Shown here: one piece after another, positions 24,780 to 39,127 of the stretch
Position numbering within the stretch: position 1 is the first letter of the stretch
How the letters are laid out: the number at the start of each line of letters is the position of its first letter
Translations under genes and position numbers: made by a program
Source: Lytechinus pictus
Taxonomy: Eukaryota
Assembly (NCBI RefSeq): GCF_037042905.1
Contig: NC_087251.1
Location: 1,924,001-1,988,000, forward strand
Direction: 5' to 3'
DNA length: 64,000 bases
The notes under the pieces: model-generated
Database searches by the model: none
Told to the model about the DNA's origin: nothing
The model's input: only the letters and a program-made list of their open reading frames with translations

Positions 24780-25360
24780 AGGGATGGTCCGGGCTGAAAA
24801 TATTCATATCTTAATACATAGAGTAGAATTCACTGAGCAAAATGCTGAAAATTTCATCAAAATCGGATAACAAATAATTAAGTTATTGAAGTTTAAAGTT
24901 TAGCAATATTTTGTGAAAACAGTCGTCATGATATTCATTAGATGGGCTGATGATGTCACATCTCCACTTTCCGTTTTCTTATGTTATTACATAAAATCAT
25001 ATTTTTTTCATTATTTCATACTTGTGTGAATAATATGTCTCTTTTATAATGAAATAAGTTGCAGCAATAAATATCTAATGCACTAAATCAATTGTCAATT
25101 CAATTTTTCTAGTTCTTGGAGGAAAAAATTTGAATAAACCTAATTTCATATAATAAAATACAAAAGAACAAGTGGAGATGTGACATCATCAGCCCACCTA
25201 ATGAGTATTCATGACGACTGTTTTCACAAAATATTGCTGAACTTTAAAATTCAATAACTTTGTTATTTGTTATCCGATTTTGATGAAATTTTCGGCATTT
25301 TGCTCAGTGAATTCTACTCTATTTGTTAAGCTATAAATACTTTCAGCCCGGACCATCCCT
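24780..25360. mobile_element. Kolobok-type palindromic MITE
   Basis: TTAA flanks, TIR AGGGATGGTCCGGGCTGAAA, long inverted arms. Confidence 0.9.
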
Positions 25361-28005
25361 TTAAGAGCAACCATGTATCCCTAAATATCCTGAGCATGTT
25401 CAGGTCACATGACCAAGATCAAAGGTCATTTAAGGTCAATGAACTTTGGCCGTGTTTGGGGTATGTATTTGTTAAATTGGCATCACAACTTCAAAAATGA
25501 ATGGGTCTGCATGTAGTTCATGAATCATAGACGTAAGATAAATCAGGTATGAATGATTGTTTTGCACATGTCTTACATGTAGGTCACATTATCATGGTCA
25601 AAAGTCATTTTGGGTCAATGGACCTAGTATTTTATTATCATTATTATGTTTCGTTTTGTGAATAAATATTTATGAATAATTATTAAATAGCTGTTTTCAA
25701 AGTCAGCACTGCTGCTAAATGTATATCGAATCACGTAATGCCAGACGTGTTCCATTTGTTGTATTGGGATTTAGTGAAGAGCCTCCATATTGAAATACTG
25801 AAATATTGGAAAATTCATATGAAAATTGAAATTATAAAAAAATAGTGACTAATGTGACATAGCCATGTAAGAGTCATATTACACCAGACATATTAGGGGT
25901 AAAGAATATTAAGCCCTTGCTTACTATCTAATCCTCATTTTGCATTGGAGTATTCATTGAGATAGTTTGGGTGTAGGCCTATAGGTGAAGACTAATATAT
26001 AGAAATAGTGGTGCTGATCCGATATTAGGAAATTGATGGAAAGAGGAGAAGATGAAGAGGAAGACAATTCACGAATGATTAGATCAGTTCATTCACTTGT
26101 TACTGGATAAGTATGAAAAGACAGATCTATATATACGAAACACTTCTCCAGAGTCCATTGTTCTATTGTTGATCAAAGATATCTGACACAGCTACATGTA
26201 CATGAACAGTACACTCCCCCCCCCCCCCCATCCTTGATCAAAGATATCTGACACAGCTACATGTACATGAACAGTACACTCATCCTTCTTCACATTTCAT
26301 TTATAGGACAGGAAGAATGACTCTATTTTGTACCACATGAATTGATTTTCCTTACGTTCAGCTATGATTTCAATTCTTTTAATGGATTACCTGAAAATTT
26401 CTATCTTGATTTATATCCAACTTTTAGTATAGTCAAGGAGTCGGCCATTATTTAAATTATTTGTATGACTGATTCCCTTTCATTTTGTGACTATTCTATT
26501 TGTTGTTCATGCTACATGTATTCCAATTAAAGATGATCCAATATGCCACTACCAGTACTAATGTCTATATTGTGTTGTATTTTTTTTCATGGAAAAATAT
26601 ACTGGCACTGAATATATGCTACATTTAAGACTTAGTTGATAAATAGTTTTTAGATTCTTTGATGGTGTCAGGCTTAATATTAGTTTTGCTCTGTAGACAT
26701 GGGAATATAAAAGATGAACTTAATTGAGCTTTATCTAGTCAATTTAGGTTTATCAATGAGATTCATTTATTTCATTGTGAGTGATTTCCAATGGTTATGG
26801 AATCATAAATGTATGTACCCTGTATGATTTATAAAGAAAGGCAAGGCTTTAATTAATTCAATGAAATTTAATGCAAGGTCATACACATAAAGATGATGAA
26901 AAATGAAATACTAATGTGAGATATATGAGGGTACTGATCAGGCATTTACATATTTTTAAGACTATGGATACTACACATTAAATAAAGTTGGGTAGGAAGG
27001 ATGGTATTATGGTGCTGATTTAGGTTTTTTTAGGGAAAGATGCAGCAAATCTTTGACCTTTCATTTATACTTGAATTTTTCTTTCTCTGAATATTGTAAA
27101 CAAAAACGAATAAAGTAACCTGATACAATAAAATCATATATTTCCGTTTGAGGACAAGAGCACTGACAATTATCACTTTAACTGTGTCAAAGTCAAAATA
27201 ATATAAACAAAATTCATTTGTATTTGCTGCTTGCTTTCATCATACAGATCTAAGCTTGCTACATGTAGCTATATGCTTCTACAGCTACTGTAGGATACAT
27301 TGGATAGAAGCAAATTTACCAATTACTTCATCTGAAGAATGAAAGAGGAAAATTCAATGTGGTAAGTCTGTAGCTCATTGACAACAAGCAGTGGAAATGT
27401 GTCATCACCATGGCAACAAGAATTGAACAACTCATGCGAATAGTTGACACTCTTGGTCTTCAATTCTGATATTACTCTGTATGTTTGTATTCTTCAGGGA
27501 GTCGCTGTGGAGCAACATAAAAGTCATGAACAAAAATACAAGACATAATAATGCATAGATTAAAATACAGTATATTGAAATATGTACATACATATTTGGA
27601 TGTAAATGTATCCCATTAGTCATTTTGTGTTTTATTGGAATTTAAATGTTATGCAAATAACTTATGATAATTAATCTTAGAAGAGTAGCTTCCAATTGGT
27701 TAATTCTGTATTTGTAGTATAATGTGCATAAAAAATGATTTGTTTTGTATATCAGAGCAATAATGAATGGAAACTATGTCCTGTAATTCTCCTTCAAAGC
27801 TTTCAATTATAAATAATGATATATATCCTCTGCATAAATAACAAAGTCTGTTCCAATATAGATGAATAATATACCAAATCTCCAGGGGTTTTTTAATGGT
27901 GAAGGTTGTTTTCTGAGAGCAGTCAGTGGGATAGCTACGGGTTAGTGAGCATGGTTGTAACTTGAAGCTTGCTTATTTCACAGCTTTGAATACTCCAAAC
28001 TCTGA

Positions 28006-28380
28006 GGCAAGAATTCACGAAGGTAGTTTTGAAAACCATCGGTTGAAACCATGGTTTATGCAGATTTCCTGTATAAATTATGCTCAATTTACCATGTATA
28101 TTGAAAATGTCCAATGGTGGTGCATGCTTTTGTCAAATTGTGCCAGTATTACCATGGTTAAATACGCTATTTTATTCACGAGTCCAATGATTCAAGAGTG
28201 GACTAATGAATAAAATAGCGTGGAAAACCACGGCCCAACAGGCGTCACTGTGACGCAAGCGCTCATCAGCATTGGACATTTTTTTATATACACGGTAAAT
28301 AAGCTTAATTTATACAGGAAATCTGCATAAACCATGGGTTCAACAGATGGTTTTAAAAACCACTTTTGTGAATCCGGGCC
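28006..28380. mobile_element. PIF/Harbinger-type MITE
   Basis: GGC..ATTCAC / GTGAATCCGGGCC termini, 3-bp TGA flanks, palindromic body. Confidence 0.8.
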
Positions 28381-28802
28381 TGAAGGTTGTTTACATCAGA
28401 GATCAGAGAGTTCAACTTTTTAGCTAATTTCAGCAATTTGGGGTTTTGATTTTCGGCTTTATTTCAGCTGATTTTTAGCTTTCCTCCATATGAAAGTACA
28501 TGTATGAGAGCTTTTAATTTCAGGTTTTTCCAACACATTTAAGCTTTTTCAGTTCTATTTATTTGTGATTACTCACACCCCTGTTGAATTGAAAAAAGAT
28601 AGTTACCCTGAATATTTCTTAATCCAAAAACTAAATAAGGCTTATGGCTTATCATTCTGAAGAGTTGACAATCCAAAAATAATAAAGCTTTGTATCTTTA
28701 GTTCATTAGTTTATTATTTTGGTACTACATGTAATGTGCCTAATTTTATTTTGTACTTGAACCCTGCAGAATGACAAACCTAATTTTACATGTAGCTGAG
28801 TT

Positions 28803-29096
28803 GTCACATTCACTTTGGATACTGGTTATGAAGGCCAGTGCGTCTAATACCACTCATAAAAGCAGAGAGATTATTAAAAATGGTTTTAAACATACTGATA
28901 CTGGATATTTTGTATTTCAGGGTTATTTTTAACTCTTCAAAGAAAGAAAGTCACATTCACTTTGGATACTGGTTATGAAGGCCAGTGCGTCTAATACCAC
29001 TCATAAAAGCAGAGAGATTATTAAAAATGGTTTTAAACATACTGATACTGGATATTTTGTATTTCAGGGTTATTTTTAACTCTTCAAAGAAAGAAA
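28803..29096 (+). repeat. Exact 147-bp tandem duplication
   Basis: 28803-28949 is repeated at 28950-29096. Confidence 0.92.
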
Positions 29097-31221
29097 TTTA
29101 AGAGAAATGCTAGAAAAAATAGATTAAATTTGACTATTTTTAATAATTGTACACAGTTTTGAAAGTTCCCTTTTACATACAAGCTAGGAAAGAAAAATAC
29201 TAATTTGTAATTGATGTACAGTGTACTATGTTGAATTTTAGGCAATAGGTTGAAAATTTTGTCATTTCTCTTTAATATAACATTTACAAAAAAGGAGATT
29301 GATTCCATTGCCATCTCTGTTTGATTTGTTGATTTTCCCTCAATTATATTTATTTGAAAAAATGATATATACATTACATACATGTAGGCATATACAAATT
29401 TTTCTTATTTTCAAACTTTGGCTCTCTTGTATTTAGTTCTTTGAATATCTAAACAGACATAAATTTCAACTTCTTGTCAGTTGATGGAAATTATGAGAGA
29501 GGAAGAGTGCTTTATCGAAAAAGACAAATTTCCTTTGAAATGACCAAAAAGTGACCATCCATTATTTATGTTCCATTGAAAAGTGTATAAAATATTGGGA
29601 AATTGACGGAGAATCATTTGTAACATAGCATATCTTATTCATAAGAGTGTGGAAGTTAGTGGAACTGTGTACAGGTTTATATTCATCATGTAAATTATAT
29701 ATTATCATAATTTACCTTGTCCATAACAAACAATACTTTATTTCTGAGGTATTGTAAAAAATAATTGAATGAAATCCAGTAATTAGATTCATGTATATTT
29801 TTCAGGTTGTTTTTGGTTACCTTTGGTTTGTAATTTACCCAACATTCTTAACATTCATGACATATTCTTGGACTTATATGTAATGATTCTGACAATTTGT
29901 ATTCCTTCTACTACATGTAGTATGAAATTCAATTCATATTTGCGTTAACATTCATTGTGTGTAATAATATGCATACATGTGTGTACAGGAAATAACTACA
30001 TATGTCATTGTGCCTCATCCAAGTAATTTTCTAATTAGAGGCCTTGATGATGGTTGTTCAGAGCAATAAGGACATTCACTCCATGTTTGAGAGTGGCTAA
30101 TACCTTTAATGCTGTAAAGGGACATTTTGGATTAATATCCAACCTATTGTTTTCTACTCAATTGATGGTATGTGCATGCCTTGATATGTGAAGAATATTA
30201 TCCAAAAGGAGCTAAATCCACTTTACTAATATTTATCTTAATTTATCACCTTCATTATACTATCATTGGATGAATATCGCTACAAATTTTGAAATATTAT
30301 TAAATCAGACGTACCCTTCAAATCCATTAATATATCTTTTCAAAGAAACAGTACAAAACACTTACAAAACCTACTGAAAATCTATAGGCTTACATATCTC
30401 TTTTTTAAGAAGAAACAAAAAATGGATTTAATCCCTTTTAGAAACAAATGCTGGAGTATGTGCCCTCACAAAGGTCATGTCCAGCTCATCCATTCTTTTA
30501 TTAGGAATGCATAGTATTGGGATGAAAGGTTAGCCTAAATATCTCTTGGCCAATTACGTTTACAGTCCACAATGTGGTTTTTTTTTTTTTAGTAACAAAA
30601 TGTACTAAAAAAATGGAATTTTGTTTAAATGAACAGTTTATCTTTAATCTGAAATATATGAAAGACAATTCTTATTTTGTGTAATCATAATGTCATATTG
30701 AGATTTGAGAATGTTTTTCTTCACTCTTTTTGTTGTTATATACCTTTCTTATTTTGATCTCAAAGTGTCAGTTCTTTTGGTTTTTACAAATGTTTTAGGG
30801 GAAGGGATTCTTTGTCACATGCAAAAGAGGCACAAATTATTCTGTCTTTACCATTAATTAAAATATGTTTGGGACTATTTTGTTTTTTGTTAAAGGTTAG
30901 CTTGTAGACTAGTTATAGTTTTGAAATCATAATTTCAATTCAGACATCTCAAAAAAGGTATTTTCCTTGATGAGCCATATACCAATAAGGGCTTATTTAT
31001 CATTCTCCGTCTCAATACGCTTGCTTACAGCTCTTTTTCCCTTACATATCTGTTCTTAGTGTTGGGTGTGTCATGTTTATTTAATGAGTATTGTTTCAAT
31101 TAACTTGAATCAAAATATTGTAGCGGTGACAAAGAAAACTGAAATCAAAACTGAGAAAAGGCGCACAATTCTACAGAAAACAGAGAAAGACATTCCTAAA
31201 TCCAATGGTGTACTCTGCTGC

Positions 31222-31826
31222 CATGTTTTAGCCGTAAGACATGAATATATTTCTTTATACGTTTAATCTAGCATGTTTTAGCCGTAAGACATGAATATAT
31301 TTCTTTATACGTTAAATCTAGCATGTTTTAGCCGTAAGACATGAATATATTTCTTTATACGTTAAATCTAGCATGTTTTAGCCGTAAGACATGAATATAT
31401 TTCTTTATACGTTAAATCTAGCATGTTTTAGCCGTAAGACATGAATATATTTCTTTATACGTTAAATCTAGCATGTTTTAGCCGTAAGACATGAATATAT
31501 TTCTTTATACGTTAAATCTAGCATGTTTTAGCCGTAAGACATGAATATATTTCTTTATACGTTAAATCTAGCATGTTTTAGCCGTAAGACATGAATATAT
31601 TTCTTTATACGTTAAATCTAGCATGTTTTAGCCGTAAGACATTCTTGAATATATTTCTTTATACGTTAAATCTAGCATGTTTTAGCCGTAAGACATGAAT
31701 ATATTTCTTTATACGTTAAATCTAGCATGTTTTAGCCGTAAGACATTCTTGAATATATTTCTTTATACGTTAAATCTAGCATGTTTTAGCCGTAAGACAT
31801 GAATATATTCTTTATGTTAAATCTAG
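31222..31826 (+). repeat. 50-bp minisatellite, ~12 copies
   Basis: Unit CATGTTTTAGCCGTAAGACATGAATATATTTCTTTATACGTTAAATCTAG; two copies carry a 4-bp insertion. Confidence 0.95.
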
Positions 31827-32949
31827 TATGTGTATATTTTATATGTTCGTATTGAAATCAGTACTATTATTTAAGAATTTGTTTGTTTTTAGTCTTTGAT
31901 TTTTTTTTTTTGGGGGGGGGCATGGAATTGATTTTATGTCATTTGCCCACCCCATGAAATGATAAGGTTTAAAACTGTATGTTTGGTATTGAGACCTCTT
32001 TTTCAAGAGACAAATCTAATCTACATAATTTGCTACTCTTGATCAAGGTTTGCATGTTAGATTATACTTGGGTAGTGAAAATCAACAAGAAGAGCTTTCC
32101 TAACTTGTAAAGCCATTTTGGCTTAGATGAATTGGCTAGGTGTGTGAGAAAATATTTATGATACTGAACTCAAATTATTTTCACTTGCATGGTTTGATAA
32201 ATGTTATAATTCATAAATTGTTCAAGACTCTGTCATTGATTGAAATTTGTGATATAATAACTAATAAGTTAAATAGTAAATAATTGTTTAAAGAGTACTA
32301 CAAGAATTCCAACTTTTTCCGTTTTCAGTGCTACAAATGTTAATATTTCTATTTCTTTGTACCAAAAACTGATCAGTGAACACTGCAGGTTTGGTGAAAA
32401 ATACTGTTTTTTGCATGAGTTCCATCCCAAATGAACTATCAGTATAACTTTTATTATTTGACTAGTATAAATGACTAGTAATCTGCTACCCAGAGTGCTG
32501 TTATCAAGTTTGACATCCCTGATATTAGGAGTAAATTTATACTATATGTTGACTCTTGGTTCAATGATTAATGTATTGATGACAGACTGCTGTCTTCAAG
32601 TTTGATGGGGTTTTTTCTGCAACTCAAGTTGTCAATTACTGGAATCTAGTGATGGATATGTACGGTAATATAAAAAAATAATCTCTGGTCATGATCCAGT
32701 GTAGATCTGCCCAAATGGAATAACTGTAATAATGCTTGAGTGGATTATCATTTAGAATTGCCCCCGCCTGGTCTGCGCCCATGAATTTCAAGGCTATTAT
32801 TTTGACCTGCATGTAGTCAATTCGTTGTAGTGATTATATCTCAAGTGGTTGTTTTCTCGAATTTGTCATTATTAGTGTTATTGTTATCATATTTTTTTAT
32901 TGTTATTTTGTATTATTTCATTGTATGGATTAATATACATGTATAATGT

Positions 32950-34340
32950 GAAGCGTTGTGGCCCAGTGGATTAGTCTCCGGACTTTGAAACAGAGGGTCG
33001 TGGGTTCGAATCCCAGCCATGGCGTAATTTCCTTCGGCAAGAAATTTATCCACATTGTGCTGCACTCGACCCAGGTGAGGTGAATGGGTACCAGGTAGGA
33101 TTTTCCTTGAACGCTTTAGCGCTTATTAATATTTATTTATTTATTTATTTCAATATATTTAACCAGGTAGCCCACTCAGCAATAAACTGGTCTCCCGTGG
33201 GGCCCTGGAATACATGATAAAAACAAGTATAAAAACATTTAAATACATATGAAATATACACAGAAATATTCTAAATAACTTAACTCATATCATAACAGAA
33301 AACAGAGTAGCAAGCATACGGCATCGTTAAAAACGTGATACTAATTAAAAAATTACACACAAAGCAACACATATAAATAAAATTAAGTAGATAGACATAA
33401 AAAGTTGATTTCAAATTAAAAGGCAATAATAAAATTGAAAATCTAAAAAGATGCACTTTCAGTTTCTGTTTAAAGATTGATAGAGATTTTGACTGTTTCA
33501 AATTAAATGGCAAGTTGTTCCAAAGTAAAATCGCTGAGTAAGATAAAGAGTGTTTAAAAATTTCGGTACGAATTTTTGGGGTGATCAAATTATCTTTTGC
33601 TGCATATCTAGTGTTAAAACAATGAGAGTCACTTGCAAAAGTAAACACATTGCGATAGAATTCCGATGACAGACCATTGATACATCTATACATAAAATAC
33701 ACTTAAAATAGGTAACGCGATCGTTGAAGGGGAGCCATGGGAGTTCACGAAACATTTCTTTTGAGGGGGTATAAAAATTACATTTTAGGATTAATCTAGC
33801 CGCTTTTTTTTTAAAGTTTGATTATACGATCCGTGTGCATATTGAAACGCAACCCCCAAATATCACAGCAATGATCAAGGTGTGATTAGACTAAACATAC
33901 ATGTAGGTATAGAGTCTTGAGGGTATTTTGGTCAACATAAGGCCTAACCCTTCTTAGCATACTTAGGCTGGCATACACCTTTTTACATACATTATCAACT
34001 TGGTATGACCAAGATAGGTGTTGATCAATTATGACTCCAAGACATTTTATCGTTGTACACCGTTCTATAACATCTCCATTAAATTTGATAAGTACATTTT
34101 CCATAAAAATATTAGATAGCTTTTGGGGTGTCCCTATTAACATAAACTTTGTTTTATCCGTGTTTTAGTTTATTTACGTTTAACCATTCTTTTAAGGAAT
34201 TCATATCATCTTGAAGCTTATATTGAATATGGCGGCTCAGCTATACAGCCGGGGTAATGATATGATACCAAGTATTAAAGCGCAGTTGAGTATATGCACA
34301 TAGTAACTGCGCTATATAAATGGACATTATTATTATATAT
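32950..34340 (+). mobile_element. tRNA-derived SINE, interrupted by a LINE fragment
   Basis: A box TGGCCCAGTGG and B box GGTTCGAATCC at 32959-33013. Body runs to ~33125, resumes at ~34229 and ends in GCGC..GCGCTATATAAA + (ATT)n. Confidence 0.8.
33128..34228 (-). mobile_element. 3' fragment of an L2/Crack-like LINE (RT C-terminus + tail)
   Basis: Frameshifted ORFs 33886-34143 (KCLGVIIDQHLSWS) and 33280-33702 (LWNNLP..K); (ATTT)n tail with a stem-loop. Confidence 0.85.
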
Positions 34341-36413
34341 TTTCATTATAATTGATTTGTGGTACATGAAGGGTTGTAAAATAAAATTTGAGTTATCCTG
34401 GATAATTCCAGCAGAATCAATTTGTTGTCAACCATTACCATTTTCCAATGATACTCTACATTGGCCATGTCTACATAATAGGCTTCATGTATGCTGCCAG
34501 GAGAGAAGACATTCTTTAATTTCACGTACATTTTGGTATTCATGTGATTTCTTATCACTACTTCATGTTTTGAAGTGTTTGTCCTGTTATTTTCATTAGT
34601 AATCTACAACCACTTCAAGTAAAGTAGGAACATGTACATGCAGAGATATGTTTTTTTATGAAAAGAAAGTTAATCAAATTTGAAATACGCAGCTTATGGT
34701 TTACATGTATTTGATCAATACGTTTAATTTATTATTATTAATTTTTGTGTAATGTTAGTTCAGAATACTTCTTGAATCTTGTATTGGTACATGAATTTAT
34801 CATGTCCTAAGCAATCTACACAATATATACTATTTAGATTGGACGCTATAAATTTAGAAGAATACTTGCCTTTTATATTTTCCAAAGAATCTGTTGTTGG
34901 TTAACATGGTATTTTTATTCTATTTTGATGTGTCGTAAACACTTTTAAAAAAGTGTATATTAACTATAAGATGTTGATGCTTTCTATATATATATATATA
35001 TTTGTTTGTACATCCTATATTTCATTTTAAGTAAGAATCCTTGCTTTTTCTTAATTAATTTATGTTGTGAACATTGCCAGATATATTTTAAAGAAAAAAA
35101 ACGCTCAATAGTACATGTAGAAGGTGTGTAATGTATTCATGCAGGTGTGATATATTTATCTTACCAGAACAAAAATTAAATTTATGTATAAACTTGGGAT
35201 TTAAATTCCATCTTCCAATTTAGATGTGCTAACAACAATGCGATATATTAATAGTTAAATATTATTACTGATAACATGATGTATTTAGTATTGTACTGAT
35301 GTTCCATTTATTAAATAATAATGTTTAAAAGGAACATACGAAAGAAATGCGTTTCTTTTTTATCGTTTAAAGGTAACGTGTCACCAAGACGATGTGTGCT
35401 GTGAGCTGCTTCATGTGTGTGAGTCTGTGGTTGGTGTGTGCGTGTGTGTGTTTTTTTTTGGGGGGCGTGTGCGTTAATTTTTTGTTATGGGTGTGTGCGT
35501 TCATTGTTATCCTTTTAAAATTATTTTTGTGTTAATCCTTTACCCCCCCCCCCCCCACACACACACACACACAAGTGCGCGCACAACTCACTGCACTGTA
35601 TCACTGCATCTACCCCTCGCCTCGATACTGCTTTGGGTAATTTTCATGGACGTCATTCGATGACGTAAATCTTAAAATACATCCAATTATCATGTTCATG
35701 GCCATGGAAATTTCCGTGGTTCATGGCACGTGCACTGAACATCAAAATGTACTACACTGGCTCTTTACCAAAAAAATGAATCAATTTTTAGAATGTAGGT
35801 TAAAAAAATCGTATTTACGCTGTGAAATTGACTTCGTGTCTTTGTCGATCTCTGCTTTAATATACATGATTTTAAAAAGGTTTTAGATTTAAGTGCCATT
35901 GTAGCTCTCCATTTACCCCTCCCCTTCTACGACTCTCCCCCCCCCCCCTCTCTCTCTCTCTCTCTCGTCTTGAGCCCCCCAAAATATTATGTTTTGTCTG
36001 TTTTATCGCTCATTTCTCAATTTATACCTGATTTGTACAGAGCCGACAAATAAATATGAAGATTAAAGTGTTGATATGTTAGTATGAGATTTTATGCAGG
36101 AATTATTATATCTTAAGTTGGTGATAGAGAGAAGCGGAGGGTATTCGCGTTTGTGCGTGTTGGTCACATAATAAAATAAATGTAGCCTAGGCATGGGAAA
36201 GTCCCCTGACCACTAATAAAATCACACACCCCTTTTACTCTACCACTCCCAACCCCCCCCCCCCCCTTCCTCATAAGCTTCCTCGTTCATCCTTCGCTGT
36301 GTGCTATTATAATTTCCTTCGATCATTGGTATTAATGAAAAGCGGGGTCTTATATTTTCATGCACTCTGCACTTTGCACTTGGTAACAAATGCTCATAAA
36401 TTTCCGCTACATA

Positions 36414-36722
36414 CAGTGCGTCCCAGAAATAAAATGAAACAGAAAATTATCGATTGTGACTTAATCACAATTATGATTGGTGAATGACAGATCATTGCAA
36501 AGCTCTTAGAGTCTCCTCTTTCATCTGACGCAACCTATAAGTCACTCAATAATACTCAAAATTGATATGGCTGGTGGTATCTGAATGCGGTCCTCGTGAG
36601 GAGTGTATCATACGAGTTACACCAGATAAACTTAAAGACTAAGCTTCACAGAGTTTTATTGTCATATTTTTAAATAAAAAAGCGATAATTCTCGGTTTCT
36701 TTCTTTTTTCTTGGACGCACTG
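36414..36722. mobile_element. Tc1/mariner-type MITE
   Basis: TIR CAGTGCGTCC(C/A)AGAAA, TA on both sides. Confidence 0.82.
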
Positions 36723-38962
36723 TATAGATATCTTCGATTCTTATCTGTTAGAGAGCAAACATAATGTTAATGAGAATATCTGACTTTTGTATTCATTAAG
36801 AGATTTGACTTACTGCATTGTTTATTTTGCTCTCGACGTGTTGACAACTTGCTCTAATTGAGTGCGTTATCAATATTTTCGATTCACGCTTCAATATTTC
36901 ATTGATATCAGTGAATGAAAGATTTAAGAGTATCAAATTTACGAATGACTTAGAAGAACTGCAGTTCGAAACGATTTCAAAATTTTATTGAATTCTAAAT
37001 AATCATGATTCTCAAATTCTTCTTAATGTTCGCTTTGATTTCATTCATTGTATGTCTATAAACTTTCATCTGATTGCAATGAAATCTCACTGCTTTGATC
37101 GATTTTACTCTTCATTTCTTTCTTATTTTTTCTCCTTCAAATCAATTTTTATTCCGGGACTGTATTTCAGGTTGGAATCCTTTAAACAATCTATGCATGT
37201 CAGCATATTAATTAACCACACTTGGTTCACTCAAGTATTCAATGCAACCGATCAATTACATAGCGTAAACTCTGAAGGCTGGAGTGCCTCAGATTTTCCA
37301 CCGTTTCTATGGCAACGTGTGAGGATGAAGGCGGTTATATTCTCCGCTACCATTCTCTTTCCTTTTAGATTGTCTGTCCGTCGGTTTTTAGGTCCTCTTT
37401 CCTTAATGATGATAATATTCTTAATGTATAGCCTTTATGGGTAGGATGAGGTGAATTGTCAGATGCGATCAAATTTGTGCCCATGTTTTGCATTATTTCG
37501 TCGTATATGTTTTGTTACTTTTGCCGTATGCCGTGACTATCGAATGCTGTCGTCACGCATTTTCGTATTTTCAGACATGACTAGGGATTTATCATAAAAT
37601 TATGTAACCAAAATAAGTTACAGCAGTAATGATCTTATAGACATTGAATTCGTATAGTCAGTCCTACTGTTTTTTTAATCAAAAAATTTTAGTAATTGTA
37701 TAATGGGGGGGGGGGCTGATAAAAGAGAGGTTTGGGATTGGGGTATGATCATCAGCTCGTTCATTTCATTCATGGTGACGTCGACAGACTAACTTTACCT
37801 AAAATAATGATAAATTTAAACGATCTTATAACTTGTAGTTATTTTTCATACGAGTTTGATAGAATTTTGTTGTGTTTTACTCGGTTGATTCATTTAAGTC
37901 CCAATAGTCAGCTTGGAGTATCTGTAGTTTTTATGGGAAATCAAGACGAAAATGCATTCCATGTAACAAAGTGAGTTGAAGCAATATCTAAAGAAGGGAA
38001 GTTTGAGAGAATGATATATAAAATGTAGGTGATAAGAAAAGAATTGATAGATTGATCCATTCATTGATTTACCAAGTTCACTAAAACATAACAATGGATT
38101 GTATTACATCGGAGAATAAAATCAGTAGGCTTGAAAAGGATAAATCATGAAAATTCGAAGAGGTATTTCCTGTGGATTTCATCAAAAGCGAAAAATAGTT
38201 TGCATTGGAGATTGAAGAAACAAAAATAGCAATAGGCCTTAATTGTGAATATTATAGAGATAGATAAGATAGATCGAAAACAAAAGCATATCCTACCAAA
38301 TCAGTGACAGAATTGCTCCAAAGCTAAACGCGAGACGCAATTTAAAAATTCAAAGCGTGAGTGACTATCAAGTAACTGTTCATGTTGATTATACAGTACT
38401 AGGAGGTGTACTTAAAGCAATAATTGAAAACGGGAATGAATTAATTGATAAAGAAATTAATACTAATCAAAACATTGATACTTGTTGATAATATGAAATA
38501 AATGCTTAACACGACTCGACTCATAATTAGATAATTATATAAATTCAGTGGGATGCAGATTGGGGGCTACGGACCCCCAATTTTTAGGACCATGGAGAAA
38601 AAGAAAATAGGAAGGAAAAGGAAACGAAAATATTGAACTATGATATTTTTTCTGAATATTATGTCAAATTCCATCCAAAAATTAGATTTTTTAATAAAAA
38701 ATGTTCAAATTTTGCTCGCTCATTTCAGCAGTTCTACCCAATACGCCGTGTCTGGCCTCTTCGTTTTCTTGTTTGGCTTATAAGCGGCAGTCAGAACAAG
38801 CAAAAGTTTGAACACATTTAATAAAGACAGTACGAATATGACGCTGCACATAAAAGTAATGCACAAAAACAAGTTCGTATCTATGTTTATTTGTTGGGTC
38901 TTTGGGCAAGGGGCAAATAAAAAGTAGATTTGTCACTGGAGAAATAATTCATTATCTCATTA

Positions 38963-39127
38963 ATACCTTGGTCACATTTGTTCTACGGCGGCCGTACGGC
39001 GAGTCGAAAACAGTCGTTTTATTCATTTTTATTTAAACCACCTATATGTAGCTGGTACAAAAAAATGTTAAAACGGCTGTTTTCGACTCGCCGTACGGCC
39101 GCCGTAGAACAAATGTGACCAAGGTAT
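38963..39127. mobile_element. Short palindromic MITE with ~50-bp perfect arms
   Basis: ATACCTTGGTCACATTTGTTCTACGGCGGCCGTACGGCGAGTCGAAAACAG and its exact reverse complement. Confidence 0.88.

Larger units (their letters stand above)
23553..25760 (+). mobile_element. Second family of Helentron-associated element with ~145-bp internal repeats, carrying two nested Kolobok MITEs
   Basis: TTTTATCTTGCCTGCATAGCAGAGCGAGAC 5' end; AGGTCAAAGGTCA-containing repeats; same family as 60562-61400 (reverse). Confidence 0.8.
26307..35330 (+). other. Putative terminal exon / very long 3' UTR of the microprotein gene
   Basis: Acceptor TTTCATTTATAG at 26305-06, then ~9 kb of T-rich (+ strand) non-coding sequence with fewer large TE insertions than the flanks. 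The 3' end is uncertain. Confidence 0.3.

Noticed and set aside
32950..33022. tRNA gene
   Set aside because: Has A/B boxes but a poor acceptor stem, and continues into a SINE body and tail; it is a tRNA-derived SINE head.
36730..38530. Possible degraded LINE or gene remnant
   Set aside because: Strand-biased composition hints at old coding sequence, but no motif could be identified with confidence.
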